A stretch of 64,000 nucleotides of DNA from Octopus sinensis (GCF_006345805.1 NC_043002.1:104284001-104348000); one strand, 5' to 3'; positions 25,415 through 39,189 are shown, counted from the stretch's first letter. Notes: generated from the letters alone by a model not told the origin. Made by a program: numbers and translations.

Positions 25415-26169
25415 CATACATATATATATATGTGTGTGTGTGTGTATATATGTATGTATGTTTCTATTTATTATATATATATATATGCACGTAACGCCAC
25501 ATCAACACACGTACTCTCAAATATATTTATGTTGCGTATAAAATTATGACATATGTCTGTATGTATGTACGCATGCATGGACACAATTTGCTTCATCTTT
25601 TATATTGGTTAATGGGGAGGAAAGCCGTATGCATGCAAAATGAAAGTAAAAATGTTCAGAAGGAATTTCATTTCTATAATTTGGATTGAACTAGTTGTGT
25701 TTTTATCAACGAACACATGGAACTCATGTAGAAAGAATTGCTTCATATCTCGAATGCTGTTATATATCCGTGTGATGTTGCACTTGATGTAAATTTGTTT
25801 GGAAGTATAGCTGGATGTTTTTGTTATTAGGGGCTCGTGAATGAAATATACTTCAATGATCTCTTGATGAAAACCTTCTGTTAATATAAATGTTTGGTCG
25901 GCATATTTTCTAGGAATTGAAACTGTAGGCACCATTAATGATTCTTCAAAATATCGCAAGTCCCTTTACATCGATCTCATCTCTGGTCAGATCAATGCTA
26001 CATATTATCTGGACACTGTTTTTTTCCCCCGCAAAATGAGTCCAAATCAACTCATATTTATTTACTGACACTAACACTTGTAATTCGGAAACTACATACA
26101 AATACATAGTTCAGAGATGATGTCAAAACACGCCAAAACTGGTGCCGAATTATCCTGCTTCAATATTTT

Positions 26170-26360
26170 GATTCAAATTTTTGTATAAAGGCCGCCGTTT
26201 TTGGGTGAGTGAGGTAGTGGATCATATCAGCGCCAGTATTTAAGTTGTACTTTATTTTATCGAAGTTGATGTCAGCGGAATTTAAGCTCAGCAGGTACAG
26301 TGCTGGAAGAACCGCCGCCAGACCTCTTTGACGCGTTAGTGAGGCGCTATTCGCCTTATG
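26170..26360 (-). mobile_element. SINE family B, old copy
   Basis: gtactttattttatcga...cagcggaatttaagctcag. Confidence 0.55.
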
Positions 26361-26796
26361 TTAATATTAGACAGTAATTAACATTGTATATCTTTTCGGT
26401 AGCCCTTAAGCACTGCTGTTTAAATATTGAAATGTGTAAATGGCTAAATCTTGCCCTGTTTATAATTATACCATATGCTACTTTATATTATATCATATCT
26501 TTATACTGTGTGAACTAAGGTCTCCGTAGAAAGGCCGCTGTTATTTATAGTGTTAAACATTTTTGCTATGCAAATTAGGGACCCCTTCATAGAGTAGCTG
26601 TTGCATTTGTTGCATATATAAGCAGTTTGGCTGATTGTTAATCTGGAGACTGTGAGAATGATATAGACGCCTTTAACAACCCAATAAAGTTAGAATAATC
26701 GATTAAAGGTGTTCATTTCTTTACCTTATCGGAATGCAATGACTACTACATCTTTCTGGATAAATAGACACACTAGAAGGAATAACCTAGTACTTT

Positions 26797-26854
<58 letters not shown>

Positions 26855-26856
<2 letters not shown>

Positions 26857-27002
26857 TGAGTTCTGCTACTTGACTGATGAAGGAAAGCCAAGGATAACCC
26901 GTTTCTTTTGCCTGTCCTCATTGTTGGTTCTCTTGTCCGTCTTTGTGTCGTCTATCTATCCGAACGTTTTAATGACCTCTACTGCGTTTTTGTTACATTT
27001 AT
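26855..27002 (+). mobile_element. Short (TA)n-embedded element with CTGATGA and a pyrimidine-rich tail
   Basis: Bounded by (TA)n; ctgatgaagg present but no matching GAAA arm. Confidence 0.4.
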
Positions 27003-27025
27003 ATGTATGTATAATATATATATAT

Positions 27026-27060
<35 letters not shown>

Positions 27061-27061
27061 T

Positions 27062-27428
27062 GTATTCTTTTTTTTCTTTTCTTTTACTTGGTTCAGTCAT
27101 TTGACTGCGGCCATGCTGGAGCACCGCCTTTAGTCGAGCAAATCGACCCCGGGACTTATTCTTTGTAAGCCCAGTACTTATTCTATCGGTCTCTTTTTGC
27201 CGAACCGCTAATTGACGGGGGATGTAAACACACCAGCACACAAACACACACACATACATATACATATACATATATATATACATATATACGACAGGCTTCT
27301 TTCAGTTTCCGTCTACCAAATCCACTCACAAGGCATTGGTCGGCCCGGGACTATAGCAGAAGGCACTTGCCCAAGATGCCACGCAGTGGGACTGAACCCG
27401 GAACCATGTGGTTGGTTAGCAAGCTACA
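27062..27428 (-). mobile_element. SINE family A, near full length
   Basis: Reverse complement of the consensus, 5' end truncated at (TA)n. Confidence 0.95.
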
Positions 27429-27435
27429 TATATAT

Positions 27436-27519
<84 letters not shown>

Positions 27520-27569
27520 TGTATGTATGTATGTATGTATGTATGTATGGGTGGGTGGATGTGTGTGCG

Positions 27570-27794
27570 TGTGTCGTGTCCGTCTCTGCCAGCACCACCG
27601 CATCAGCGCTTGCCAACCGGTGTTGTTGTTTTTTATGTCCCCGTAACTTGGCTGTTTGGCAAAGGAGACCGAAAGAATTAGTACCAAGCTTTAAAAAACG
27701 TCCTGGGGTCGATTCATTCGACTAAGACCCTTCAAGGCGGTGCTCCAGTATGGCCGCAGTCAAATGACTGAAACGAGTAAATGAATAAAAGAAT

Positions 27795-27795
<1 letters not shown>
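27570..27795 (+). mobile_element. SINE family A, 3' half
   Basis: gtccccgtaac...ggcggtgctccagtatggccgcagtcaaatgactgaaac. Confidence 0.9.
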
Positions 27796-27827
<32 letters not shown>

Positions 27828-27849
27828 CATGTAAACATACCCACTCGCA

Positions 27850-28078
27850 TATTCTTTTATTTTTTTATTTGTTTCAGTCAATTGACTGCGGCCATGCTGG
27901 AGCATCGTCTTTAGTCGATCGAATCGAGCCCATAACTTATTCTTTGTAAGCCTAGTATTTATTCTATCACTCTTTTTACCGAACCGCTAATTTACTGAGA
28001 TGTAAACTCACCAGCATCAGTCGTCAAGCAATGTTGGGGGGACAAACACACACATACAAACGCCCATACATACACATA

Positions 28079-28150
<72 letters not shown>

Positions 28151-28287
28151 ATGGGCTTCTTTCAGTTTACGTCTACCAAATCCACTCACAAGTCTTTGGT
28201 CAGCCCGAGGCTATAGTAGAAGACACTGAACCCGGAACCATGTGGTTAGTAAAGAAGCTACTTACCACCCAGCCACGTCTGCGCCTA
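27850..28287 (-). mobile_element. SINE family A
   Basis: Reverse complement of the consensus with a small internal deletion. Confidence 0.9.
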
Positions 28288-28310
28288 TATATATTTTTCT
28301 TTATATAAAT

Positions 28311-28592
28311 TAAACCGTTAGATTCACTTCAACATTTAAATTTAATTTGCCAAAATATTTTCGTCGCTTTTTAGACTGAAATCTGCTTTTTAGACGGAAT
28401 TTTGTCAGTGAACAGGTCGCGGTCGAAAAGCGTTGGAAATATTTTGGCAAATTAAATGTAAATGTTGAAGTGAATATAACGATTTTTGTGTGTTTCTTAA
28501 ATAGCTTATAAACACTTTCCACGCTGCAATTGTTTTCGTTGCAGCACACGATCTCAGATCAGGTCACTTGCTATGCAAGTGCACCTCCGTAA
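28311..28592. mobile_element. Foldback pLTR-like element carrying the G3:C8 hammerhead-like motif
   Basis: ~60 bp inverted arms 28312-28371 and 28426-28485; tttgtca-GTGAACA-ggtcgc at 28401-28420; the opposite arm keeps gcgac-GAA-AATATT-T-tggcaaa. Confidence 0.75.
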
Positions 28593-29245
28593 TTTATATA
28601 AATTCTTATCTCATATATTTTATAAGAAAGCGATCTACATGCATGTTGTGTTCTTTAAGCGAGCAAACAATATAAACATTTGGTCTTTTATACACCGAAT
28701 GTTATTAAAGAAACCTGTACAAATATATAGCGTAGATCTTGCTAAAATCTCTTTAGTCAAGAATTAAACGAGTTATTTTGTACTTGTATTCTGGTGTGTG
28801 AGTTTCTATCTCTATATATGTAAATCTGAAGGTGACGTTTGCCATATATTCCACGTTTAACCTCGAGGATAGATCGAGTAACGCACGATATCAAAACATT
28901 TCGAAAATTGAAAAATATATTTTCGTTTATTTTCGTGCAAACGTTCCAAATTAAGCGATAAATTTAAATATACTATTTCGAAAGACATTGAATGTAGTGT
29001 AACTATATAGTAAACCAAAAACCTAGTGACACATGGAAACGTAAAATGCTTTCTATTTAACACACACATACACACATCGGCTAGCGCGCGTGTATGCGCT
29101 CACGCATGTACACACGCACGTACGCTCAAGATTCTACCATATGCATGTATTTAAGAAAACTACTTACGTGCACTTTTGAAATATCCTTTCCCATTTCCGA
29201 ATGCAACTTTTTTTTTTCGTGTGTGTGAGTGAGTGAGTATGTGTG

Positions 29246-29285
<40 letters not shown>

Positions 29286-31479
29286 TGTGTGTGTGTGTGT
29301 GTGCGTGCGTGTGCGTGTACGCGTTGTAAAGTTTTTTTCTTTTTTCGCCCAGCGGCATACGAACTTTAAAATTTCCATATTTACGAATGACATATAATAT
29401 AATGTAATATACGTATGTGTGCACGTATGCGCACATCTGTGTGTTCATTGTATATGCTTGCATTTATGTGTTTAATTTCTGATAATAATTAATGGGGAGT
29501 TGTTGAGACTAGATTTCTCAAACTAACAAGTTATCAAATTTAGAAACACCAAATGACTATGAAATACAAGGGAGGATTAATTAAATTGATTAGATTACTG
29601 AGAGAGTAGGGGCAATCTCATATTACACGTAAATGAACAAAGGACTGGCCCCGCTCCGAATATTACACTGATCCACTAACATTTCCAAAAGCCCGCCATT
29701 ATTTGATGTGATATGAATCATGTTATTTGTTTTCTAATGTGGTTCTGATGTTATATAAAGGAGTGTATAAATGAAATCTAACTTCATTACGGTAGTCTAT
29801 TTTCAGTTACCAACCATGAAATGTTTCTCCGACTGATATTTCATTCGTTGAAATGGCCGTATGATATAAACACAGAATGTTTTCACATGATGCAGTGGTG
29901 CATTCGCATCTTGACCTTAGGTCATCAGGCAAACGGCTGAGTCACGGATTAATGGATTCTATTAGATTTCTTTAAAATCTTGGATGCAATCATTTCGTGC
30001 CTCGGCCCTTGTTGTCCACTGATTCGCATACCCTACCGACCAGCCTTAGCACGAGAATCCTTCCCCGCTCCCACTCATGCACAGTCGCTCACTTTACTAT
30101 TTCGTTTTTGGAGGAGGGTACTTCAAAAGATCTGAGCTTATCCAATAAAAATAAATTAATGTCGTTGGAGATTAATTTAGATTTTGCTCATATTTTTTCC
30201 CTTCGTCATTTATAGCAATGTGATTTTTGTCAAACCAATAAAATTTTTCCTTAATTGCCGCCGAGATTTCTATAGAGGCACACCATAATTCACCGAGTCA
30301 AAGACACACACACACACACACATACATCATTCACCTATTATGGTGTGACTGTTGAAGGCCACGGCTTGCTTTATATTGCAACCATTTTAAATAACTCAAG
30401 AAAGAAATTATATTAAATTCTCTCTCTTCTCTTACTTAACTTCTTTCTCGCAAATACTTTATGTCTTTCTTTCTCACCCATTCCCTCACTATTTTTCCCT
30501 GACTCAATTTCTCTTAATTTCCGTATCATTTTCTCCTTCTTTCTCCCCCGTTTCTCCCTCATCATCTGTTTCCCTTCCTTTCTATATCCCCACCTTTCTC
30601 TTCCTCTTCCTCACTCTCTTCTTTCCCCATTACTTCGTTTTCTCTGTCCAATCCTTTTGTTTTCATTGTTCCATTCTATGTTTCAGTTACTCTTACTGCC
30701 ATTGTATCGCCTTATAATTAATCTTTTGTCATCTCTATGAAATCTGTTAACCAAGGGAATGTGCAATCGTCCTATCTGTTGTGTATTTCTAGCATATTAT
30801 CGTTAGGAACTTTATATTAGAGAACAGAAAATACATAAACCACCCAAAACACTACAAATATGCATCGCACACTAACAACTGGTCTGACTTCGATAACAAT
30901 AAATATTTTTAACTTGAAATATCCAACCAATAAACAACAAGTGTGCTATGGCAATTCCTTATAATCAATACGAGAACCAAAGCTCTCCTACAAGTTTGCA
31001 ACAAAAGTGAATATACATCTTCATCGCAAAACTATTTTTGCACAACTTAATGATGGAGATATGTGCAAGGGTTGGAGACATTCTTTGTATCAGGTGCAAT
31101 TTTGTATAGAAAAGAATATATACGCTACATTTGTACTGTTAAATATAACGAGACAATAATAGAACATTTATGTATATGTTAAATCGTTTTTGCTTCTTGA
31201 GAATCTCTAGAAACTTTGTTAACGAACGGTTTCTACTTTAATTGCGTTCTAGATATTCCTCGCAAACAAATGCATCTGTGCTTTTCTACAACACGGCCAT
31301 CCGTTAAGGAGAAAAAGACAGTTGTCGCCCAAAGTGTGTGTGTAGTTGCAATAATGAAGTCAAATTAATACGAAAACGCGAAACGTACGTATGAAGTGTT
31401 TTGAAATATACTTTCTGCTATACACTTCCTTAAAATATACTTTCTGCACAACAAGTATATTTTAAGGAATATACTTTCT

Positions 31480-31660
31480 GCCTGAAATTTGTGGAAGAGT
31501 GAAAATCGATTACATCGACCCCAATGTTCAGATCGTACTTATTTTATCGGCCCCAAAACGATGAAAGGCAAACTGGACTTCAGCGGAATTTGAACCTCAG
31601 AACGTAATGACGGACGAAATACCGCTAAACATTTTGATCGGCGTGCTAATAACTCTACTA
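31480..31660 (-). mobile_element. SINE family B
   Basis: atcgacccc...gtacttattttatcg...gatgaaaggcaaac...cggaatttgaac. Confidence 0.8.
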
Positions 31661-31849
31661 CAATTTGATTTGAATTCATTATTACAACTAATGTGACTTG
31701 ATGCCAACAGAAAATTGCCGGTCTAGACACAGTTCATGCGGATTTAGAGTAGTTTGTTATATTTGACTCGTGTCAAAAATTCTGATAATGTGCATCGCTT
31801 ACTACCGTTACATAGATAGTTATGTTGTTGTTGTTTTGTCTCATTTGGT

Positions 31850-32162
31850 CTAAAGTCGTATGACAACCACCGTTATATATGTTTTGTTTTTTCATTACTG
31901 TTTTCAATTTCGTTTTCGTCTCTTGTATTCACATCCGTCTTGTGCGTTCACATTCCTGTCTTCTACCAAGAAATCTAATGCTTACAGCTTAGTTTTTTTT
32001 CTTGGGGCTGGCCGAGTTGGAGCAAATATCAGAATTGAACAGCCGAAATTTGCTATGATGATTCGGTGTCTGACTGAAGATTGAAGGCTTCGAATGATTT
32101 GTCTGTGTTCCGTGTTCGTCCCTTCCTGTATTTCTCGTTCATTATATATAAAAACATTCATT

Positions 32163-32165
<3 letters not shown>
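31850..32165 (+). mobile_element. TA-associated element (family shared with 41196-41330)
   Basis: cagccgaaatt...gatgat.cgg...ctgaagatt...gcttcgaatga present in both copies. Confidence 0.6.
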
Positions 32166-32237
<72 letters not shown>

Positions 32238-32239
32238 AC

Positions 32240-32395
32240 ACGCATTGAGTCGAACCAGGGGCAGCTGATGAAGGGGAATATTCCTTGTATTGTTTGTCCT
32301 GTACTCTGTTTTTCGTTGTTAAAAAAAGTCCGTTTCCTTGTTTGTTTTTGTTTTCGTTTCTCGTTGTGTTCTACGTTTATCTGTGGTGTCCTGTA

Positions 32396-32400
<5 letters not shown>
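32240..32400 (+). mobile_element. Short microsatellite-embedded element with CTGATGA
   Basis: cagctgatgaaggggaatattcc; T-rich tail ending at (TA)n; homologous to 20885-21003. Confidence 0.55.
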
Positions 32401-32441
<41 letters not shown>

Positions 32442-32522
32442 TGTATATATATACATATAGATGTAGGTATGTACATATATGCATGTATGTATATGTTTTA
32501 TTTGTTAAATTGTTATTAGATG

Positions 32523-32581
<59 letters not shown>

Positions 32582-32619
32582 GCATTCCTATTTTATATAT
32601 ATTTATACTTTTTCGTTCA

Positions 32620-33004
32620 TTCTTATAATATATTCAGTCACTTGACTGCGGCCATGCTGGGGCAGAGCCTTGCCTTTAATCGAACAAATCAACCTCAGGA
32701 CTTATTCTTTATAGGCCTAGTACTTATTTTATCGGTCTTTATTGCCGAGTCGTTAAGGTTACGGGTGCGTAAGCACATCAACATCGGTTGTCAAGCGATG
32801 GTGGTGCAACAGACACAGACACAGACACACACATAAATATATACATATACAACAGGCTTCGATTTTGTCTACCAAATCCACTTACAAGGCTTTGGTAAGC
32901 CCGAGGCAGACGGAGTAGAAGACACATGCCGAAGGTTCCACACAGTGGATCTGAACCCAGAACTATATGGTTTCGAAGCACACAGCCATTCCTACGCTTA
33001 TGCG

Positions 33005-33005
<1 letters not shown>
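32620..33005 (-). mobile_element. SINE family A
   Basis: Reverse complement of the consensus, diverged. Confidence 0.9.
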
Positions 33006-33083
<78 letters not shown>

Positions 33084-33084
33084 C

Positions 33085-33301
33085 CAGTAGTCCCTCGACA
33101 ACCGCAGGTGTTACGTTCCAAAACCGCACGCAGTTGATGAAAACCGCGAAGTAGATAAAAAACTGTACTGTATATATATTTTTATTTTTAGGATTACTTT
33201 ATATTTATTTTATTATAAATGCAACACAACACCACGGGGGAATCGACGTAAGCTTAAATAATAAATTGCGATTGGTGAACCGCAATATGGCGAGGGATTA
33301 G
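33085..33301. mobile_element. pogo/Tigger-type MITE
   Basis: cagtagtccctcga... / ...gcgagggattag-TA imperfect TIRs with subterminal aaccgc repeats. Confidence 0.7.
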
Positions 33302-34015
33302 TATATGTGTGTGAGTGTGTGTGTGTGGGTTTGTGTAAGTGTATATATGTACGTGTGTTTGCGTATGTGTGTGTATGTGCGTGGTAAATGAAAGACATAG
33401 AATGGAATATACGATCATTTTTATTAATCACGACAATTGTTTCAACACACTTAGCTTCCCTGCTTCACGAGGAATCTTGTTAGACTAGTGTCTCATTAAT
33501 ATTTTTATCCTTTGTGTTGTTGTCGTACTTATTGTTATCCTTATTACTGTGTCATATACAAACAAGTATGTAGCACCATGGTGATTCAGCTGTCCTATTG
33601 ACGAGTATATCAATTTTAAAAACCAGAACGGAAGTGAAAGACTAGAATGCTGCTTCGAAACCTCTAGCTTCTATGACCAAATTACAAATTCAAATTGGTA
33701 CTAATAATATTTTGTGCAAGTGGTCTTTTGTTTAAATGCCTAACGGACAATCGAGAAAAACTCTTGTTTGAAAAAAGAAAACAGAAAAAATTTCAGTTAA
33801 TCCGCACATTATAAGTACAACTTGTTATCGGAATAGTAAAGATCTGCAAGTCTTTTCGCAAGTTAGAAAGTTAGGTATTGTTTTAGTTATCAACATTCCA
33901 AAGATAGAGCTTCGTGTCTTTGTTAGAAGACAGTTCTTTCTTTACCGAAAGACTTCATTCAAACAATTAAAAATATAAGAGAAAATCTATACATAAAGAA
34001 AACATATATTACTTA

Positions 34016-34438
34016 GGCGCAGGAGTGGCTGTGTGGTAAGTAGCTTGCTAACCAACCACATGGTTCCGTGTTCAGTCCCACTGCGGGGCATCTTGGGCAA
34101 GTGTCTTCTGCTATAGCCTCGGGCCGACCAAAGCCTTGTGAGTGAATTTGGTAGACGGAAACTGAAAGAAGTCTGTCGTATATATGTATATCTATATATG
34201 TATGTGTGTGTATATGTTTGTGTGTCTGTGTTTGTCCCCCTAGCATTGCTTGACAACCGATGCTGGTATGTTTACGTCCCCGTAACCTTAGTGGTTCGGC
34301 AAAAGAGACCGATAGAATAACTACTGGGCTTACAAAAAATAAGTCCCGGGGTCGATTTGCTCGACTAAAAGCGGTGCTCCAGCATGGCCGCAGTCAAAAT
34401 GACTGAAACAAGTAAAAGAGTAAAAGAGAGTAAAGAGA
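34016..34438 (+). mobile_element. SINE family A, full length, young
   Basis: Nearly identical to 18299-18720. Confidence 0.95.
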
Positions 34439-35760
34439 TGCCCCACACACACACACACATTCACATATACGCAGATATACAGATGTTTGCGCCTGTGTAC
34501 ATTAATATGTGCGCATGCGTACATTTATATGTGCAAGTGTTTGCCTTGGCGTCTGTGTTTGTCTATGTTGGTTGGGTTATTTCCTCGTAACCACGCGCTT
34601 CGAATGAAAGACTAATAAAATAAGCAGAAAAGTTTAAAAGTAAGACAAGGACTGAATCGATTTGTTCGACTAAATTCCACCAACGCTCCAGTATGGTCAT
34701 ACGCCAATGACAGAAACAACTAGAATATGCATATGTGTGTGTGAGCGTGTGTGTGTGTGAGAGGGAGGGAGAGAGAATCTGTGTGTGTAATACATAACTT
34801 TTAAGCTTACCTGTATAGATTTCTTATAGAATTCATAACCACCACAGAAGGATAAATTGTGTCGTCAACGAATACGTGTTTGTAAACAAAGTAAACGAAG
34901 ACAGAGAGAAAAGAAAAAATAAAGAGTGTAGATGCATATTTCAAGATTTATTGTTTACTGTTACCAGTAAAACGTGCAACTCATTGTCTGTCAACGATCA
35001 CATTGATGAAATTCTCATGAGGTTTAGTGGTGCCACACTGTTAGATTTTACCAAGTTACATTTTAAACAGATTCCCAGCAACATGCGAACGCATAACAAT
35101 TGCTGGCGCGGACACAGTATTTTGTTTTGCAACCATAATATATATAGCTAAATATATTTAATGCTTGTAAGTTAATGTAGTGCGTTACTTTAATGTTAGT
35201 AGTGCGGAATATTCAATTTTTTTTAGGTTATCTCATTAGATTTTCTATAGAATTTGGAGTCATCGCTGCAAGTTACGCTTTATAAACGAATTCATCTATG
35301 GCAACAATGCGATCGAAGGTAGTAAAATAGGTAATGGTCGTATATGCATATCTCAAGTGTTATTGCTCTTTCATCAGTACTGCAATCCAACTATCCACGA
35401 TCATACGCACACACACACATACACACACAGTCACACACACAAACACACAAATAAACACACACACACACAAGCACATATACGCATAAGGGTACACAGACAC
35501 AGACACACACACACACACCACACACAAACACGGACACAAGCATACGAAACACATGGAGACACACACAAACGCACAGATAAGTACGTACAAACACACACAC
35601 ATATCTGCCTCTCTCTCTCACTCTCTTTCTCTCTATGTATACATGGTTAAGTATATATATAAATCATATATTATATAAACGTATGTACATATTTGTATAC
35701 ATAGAAAATATTTAATATATAATATATATAGAGAATTATATATATACATATATATATACG

Positions 35761-35800
<40 letters not shown>

Positions 35801-35817
35801 AATATATATATATATAT

Positions 35818-36004
35818 GTAGTCCCGGGTTGAGTCGGGGTTAACCACAGTAAATAAGGTACTCAATACATAGCAGAGTAAATTAATTTATTTATAGAAGG
35901 AGCTTCTACAGGACTAGAACTGTTTCATTCAAAAGAAATCATCAGGATCCTGATGATTTCTTTTGAATGAAACAGTTCTAGTCCTGTAGAAGCTCCTTCT
36001 ATAA

Positions 36005-36005
<1 letters not shown>
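35818..36005. mobile_element. Foldback element with a perfect 116 bp palindrome containing two hammerhead-core motifs
   Basis: Arms 35890-35947 and 35948-36005 are exact reverse complements; CTGATGA-tttcttttgaat-GAAAC on each strand; flanked by (TA)n. Confidence 0.85.
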
Positions 36006-36074
<69 letters not shown>

Positions 36075-36510
36075 CGTATATATATATATAATATATATAT
36101 ATATATAATATATATATATATATAATATATATATTTTCAAACTCAATATATATAATTATGTATATACACACACGCGTACACACATAGAAACACACATACG
36201 TCTGTGTATCACTCTATCCATCTTCCTATGTATACTACGTGAATGCTTGCTCTATAAAATATGCAATTTGTACTACTACTACAACTAGTAGTAGTAGTAG
36301 TTGTAGTAGTAGTAGTAGTGTAGTAGTAGTAGTAGTAGTAGTATAGTATCATCATCTTTATTTTCATATTATTTTGGATGTTGTTCTAGAGATATGCGTT
36401 TGGAGGTAATTCAATATATATATATTTAATAACTATCTAGTAATTGTTTTACTCAGTTCCCTGTTCCTCTCTCTCTCTCTCTCTCTTCTCCTCTCTCTAT
36501 AGAGAGACAA

Positions 36511-36569
<59 letters not shown>

Positions 36570-38048
36570 TATAGATAGATAGATAGATAGAAAGAGATAT
36601 ACATATTATATACATATTTTTATATGTATAATACATATCTATATGATAATATATAATATATATATATTATAATATTATGTATGTGTGTATGTGCATGTGT
36701 TTAAGTGTGTGTGTGCGCGCGCGTGTGTATAAATTAGTTTATTTATTGCCGTTAGTTTTATAGTTGTTATTGTTGTTCCTTTCGGAGAATTTTTATATTT
36801 TGTTCAGTTATTTCCAAAGTCTCCAATCTTCCCTTGGTATTCTCTCCACATCAATAAATTTTGCCATTGCGTCTTGAGACTTCACCTCTTTTCTTCATTC
36901 TACGTTGTTATCAATCGAGATTTGCAGTAAATCCCGTGTGTGCTTCAACCATTCCTTTCTGTTGGGAACATTTTAAGCTGTTGGAAGCGGCAATCAAAAT
37001 CCACATTCTTTCTACTCATCCTCAGAGATTACGAACTCTGTTCTTTTGCTCCTTACAATCCTGTTCAACATAAAAGCAACAGAGATGAATGTATAAAGAC
37101 ACCAAAAAATATGATAGAGAATTATTTTAAATGACATTTAATCATGAAAGAATAATAGATTTGTGCATCATAAGGGTCTTACACTTTCAACATTTCTTGT
37201 ATATTGTCGGATTTTATTTCTATCTATATTAAACTGAACCGATTTTCAACCTCAATATTACAAACGAAAGACAAGTAATATTTTGGGGGAAATATATAGA
37301 TATACAGATATAAATATCTTAGTCAGAGATTGAAGGGAATTGACTTTGATCTTTGGACAGCTTCTGAGAATTGTTTTTGCTGTTGTTGCTGCTGTCATTG
37401 TTGCTTTGTTGCTTTTGTGGAAGCAAGCTCTTGAATAAAAGAATTTCATCTGTGAACAAACAATGTCTTTGTTATGTACAGGGATTTCAGAGAAATCAAA
37501 ATAAATACCCCAACGTGTAAGGTATGATTTCAAAGAACCCGTTGATATTTCTAGCCAGAGAAGTGACCTCTTATAAACTTCATTTTGCACTCTTGTTGAA
37601 ATTTGTGATTTGAATGGAGAAAAAAAAAATCTTCGGGTTCATGAATTTTGTTATTTTTATTTTTATAGTTTAGCTAAAATCTGATTCCTTTCTCTGCAAA
37701 CGATTGAGAAAATACATACAAATCTTTGCAACATTGCCCTGTTGTGGTTGACATTCTCTCGTTTTTGCTTCACGTATTTGAAATCGTGAAGTAAGACATG
37801 AGAGATGTGTGGCTGCTGCATTAATTAAAATCATAGCCACAGCATAAGCGTTCGTCGGACAATTACTACATTATTGTAAAAGAAAGGCTTCGTTATATCA
37901 AAATAAGTTCTCAAATTCTCCTTCCTGAAGACATAGGATTTATTTGATAGTTATGTAACAAATAGGAACATATTATAGAAAAGAATGAAGTTTAAAAAAA
38001 AACCCAGTTTTTCTGGGGCGTTTTAGACGTTGTAGCCAAGTAATATAA

Positions 38049-38385
38049 GAGGTATGGTTCAGTGGTTAGAGCGTCGAGCTTACGATCGTGAGGTTGTGAG
38101 CTCGAATCCCGGACCGGGCTGCTTGTTGTGTTCTTGAGCAAGGCACTTTATTTCACGTTGCTCCAGTTCACTCAGCTGTAGAAATGAGTTGCGACGTCAC
38201 TGGTGCCAAGCTGTATCGACCTTTGTCTTTCCCTTGGATAACACTGGTGGCGTGGAGAGAGGAGGCTGGTATGCATGGGCGACTGCTGGTCTTCCATAAA
38301 CAACCTCGCCCGGATTTGTATCTAGGAGGGTAACTTTCTAGGTGCAATCCCATGGTCTGTGTCGTGACCGAGAGGGGTCTCCGAT
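38049..38385 (+). mobile_element. SINE family D (tRNA head plus CORE-like domain)
   Basis: tggttcagtggttagagcgtcg...gagctcgaatcccgg; tgtgttcttgagcaaggcacttt...cactcagctgtagaaatg. Confidence 0.85.
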
Positions 38386-39189
38386 CATTAAATTCACTTC
38401 TCTATATCGTAGAACTAATTAAATGCAACAAGAAAGATGTAAAAGTCTCATAGTCAGAATGTATCTTCCATGTGTCGTCTCTGTAATTATTTCCATGCTC
38501 AGTGCTCTGAGAGACTTTCTGGTTTAGTACACTGTCAACTCCTTTAAACGTGTTACCCGCTTTTCACCCTAGGAACATTGTTTCTCTTTTGAGCTTCCAC
38601 TGAATCTTAGATCTTTTTTTTTTCATTCTAATAGCTTCTTTCCTCAAACTACTTCACTCTGAAACTCCCAGCCATCGTTTAATTTCCCTCCTTTAAAATT
38701 TCAGTCTACTGACAGAATGTGTGAGTCCCTTCTTTTCCTTCTATGGAATACTTGTTTCAGACAAAATGGTTATCATAAGGTAATGATATGAATTATTATA
38801 AATTTCAAGAAACGATATATGTGACTCGAGACCGTTGTGTAACTACCGCCGTAAAAATCTTAAGCTTCAATGCAATTTAAATAAATAAAAATCAAGTCAC
38901 TTGACATGTAAACAGATCGACATTCTCTCCCACACAATCTCTCAACTCATCTTTAAGTCATAGTCAGTTTCCATCTCGGCTCACTCTCTCTCTCTCTCAC
39001 TGTGAGTGTATGCATGAGTATGTTTATATACTGTACATCGTAGCTTCTATATTATATGCACGTACGTGGTGCATGTGGTAGTATGCCTCAATACAAGCAC
39101 GTAAACTCAAATGCATAGACAAATATGCATATATGTAGATATGTATACATACCCCCCCAACACACACACATATATATATATATATATAG

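Noticed and set aside
25609-26040. 116 aa minus ORF, or Tc1-like words on the plus strand (GQINATYYL)
   Set aside because: No recognisable domain or splice context; transposase similarity is too weak.
31405-31480. Three copies of aatatactttctgc with a local hairpin, superficially array-like
   Set aside because: Short irregular local duplication and inversion at a SINE end; not CRISPR-like.
37258-37590. 110 aa minus ORF with a possible internal acceptor
   Set aside because: No homology recognised and no consistent exon boundaries.
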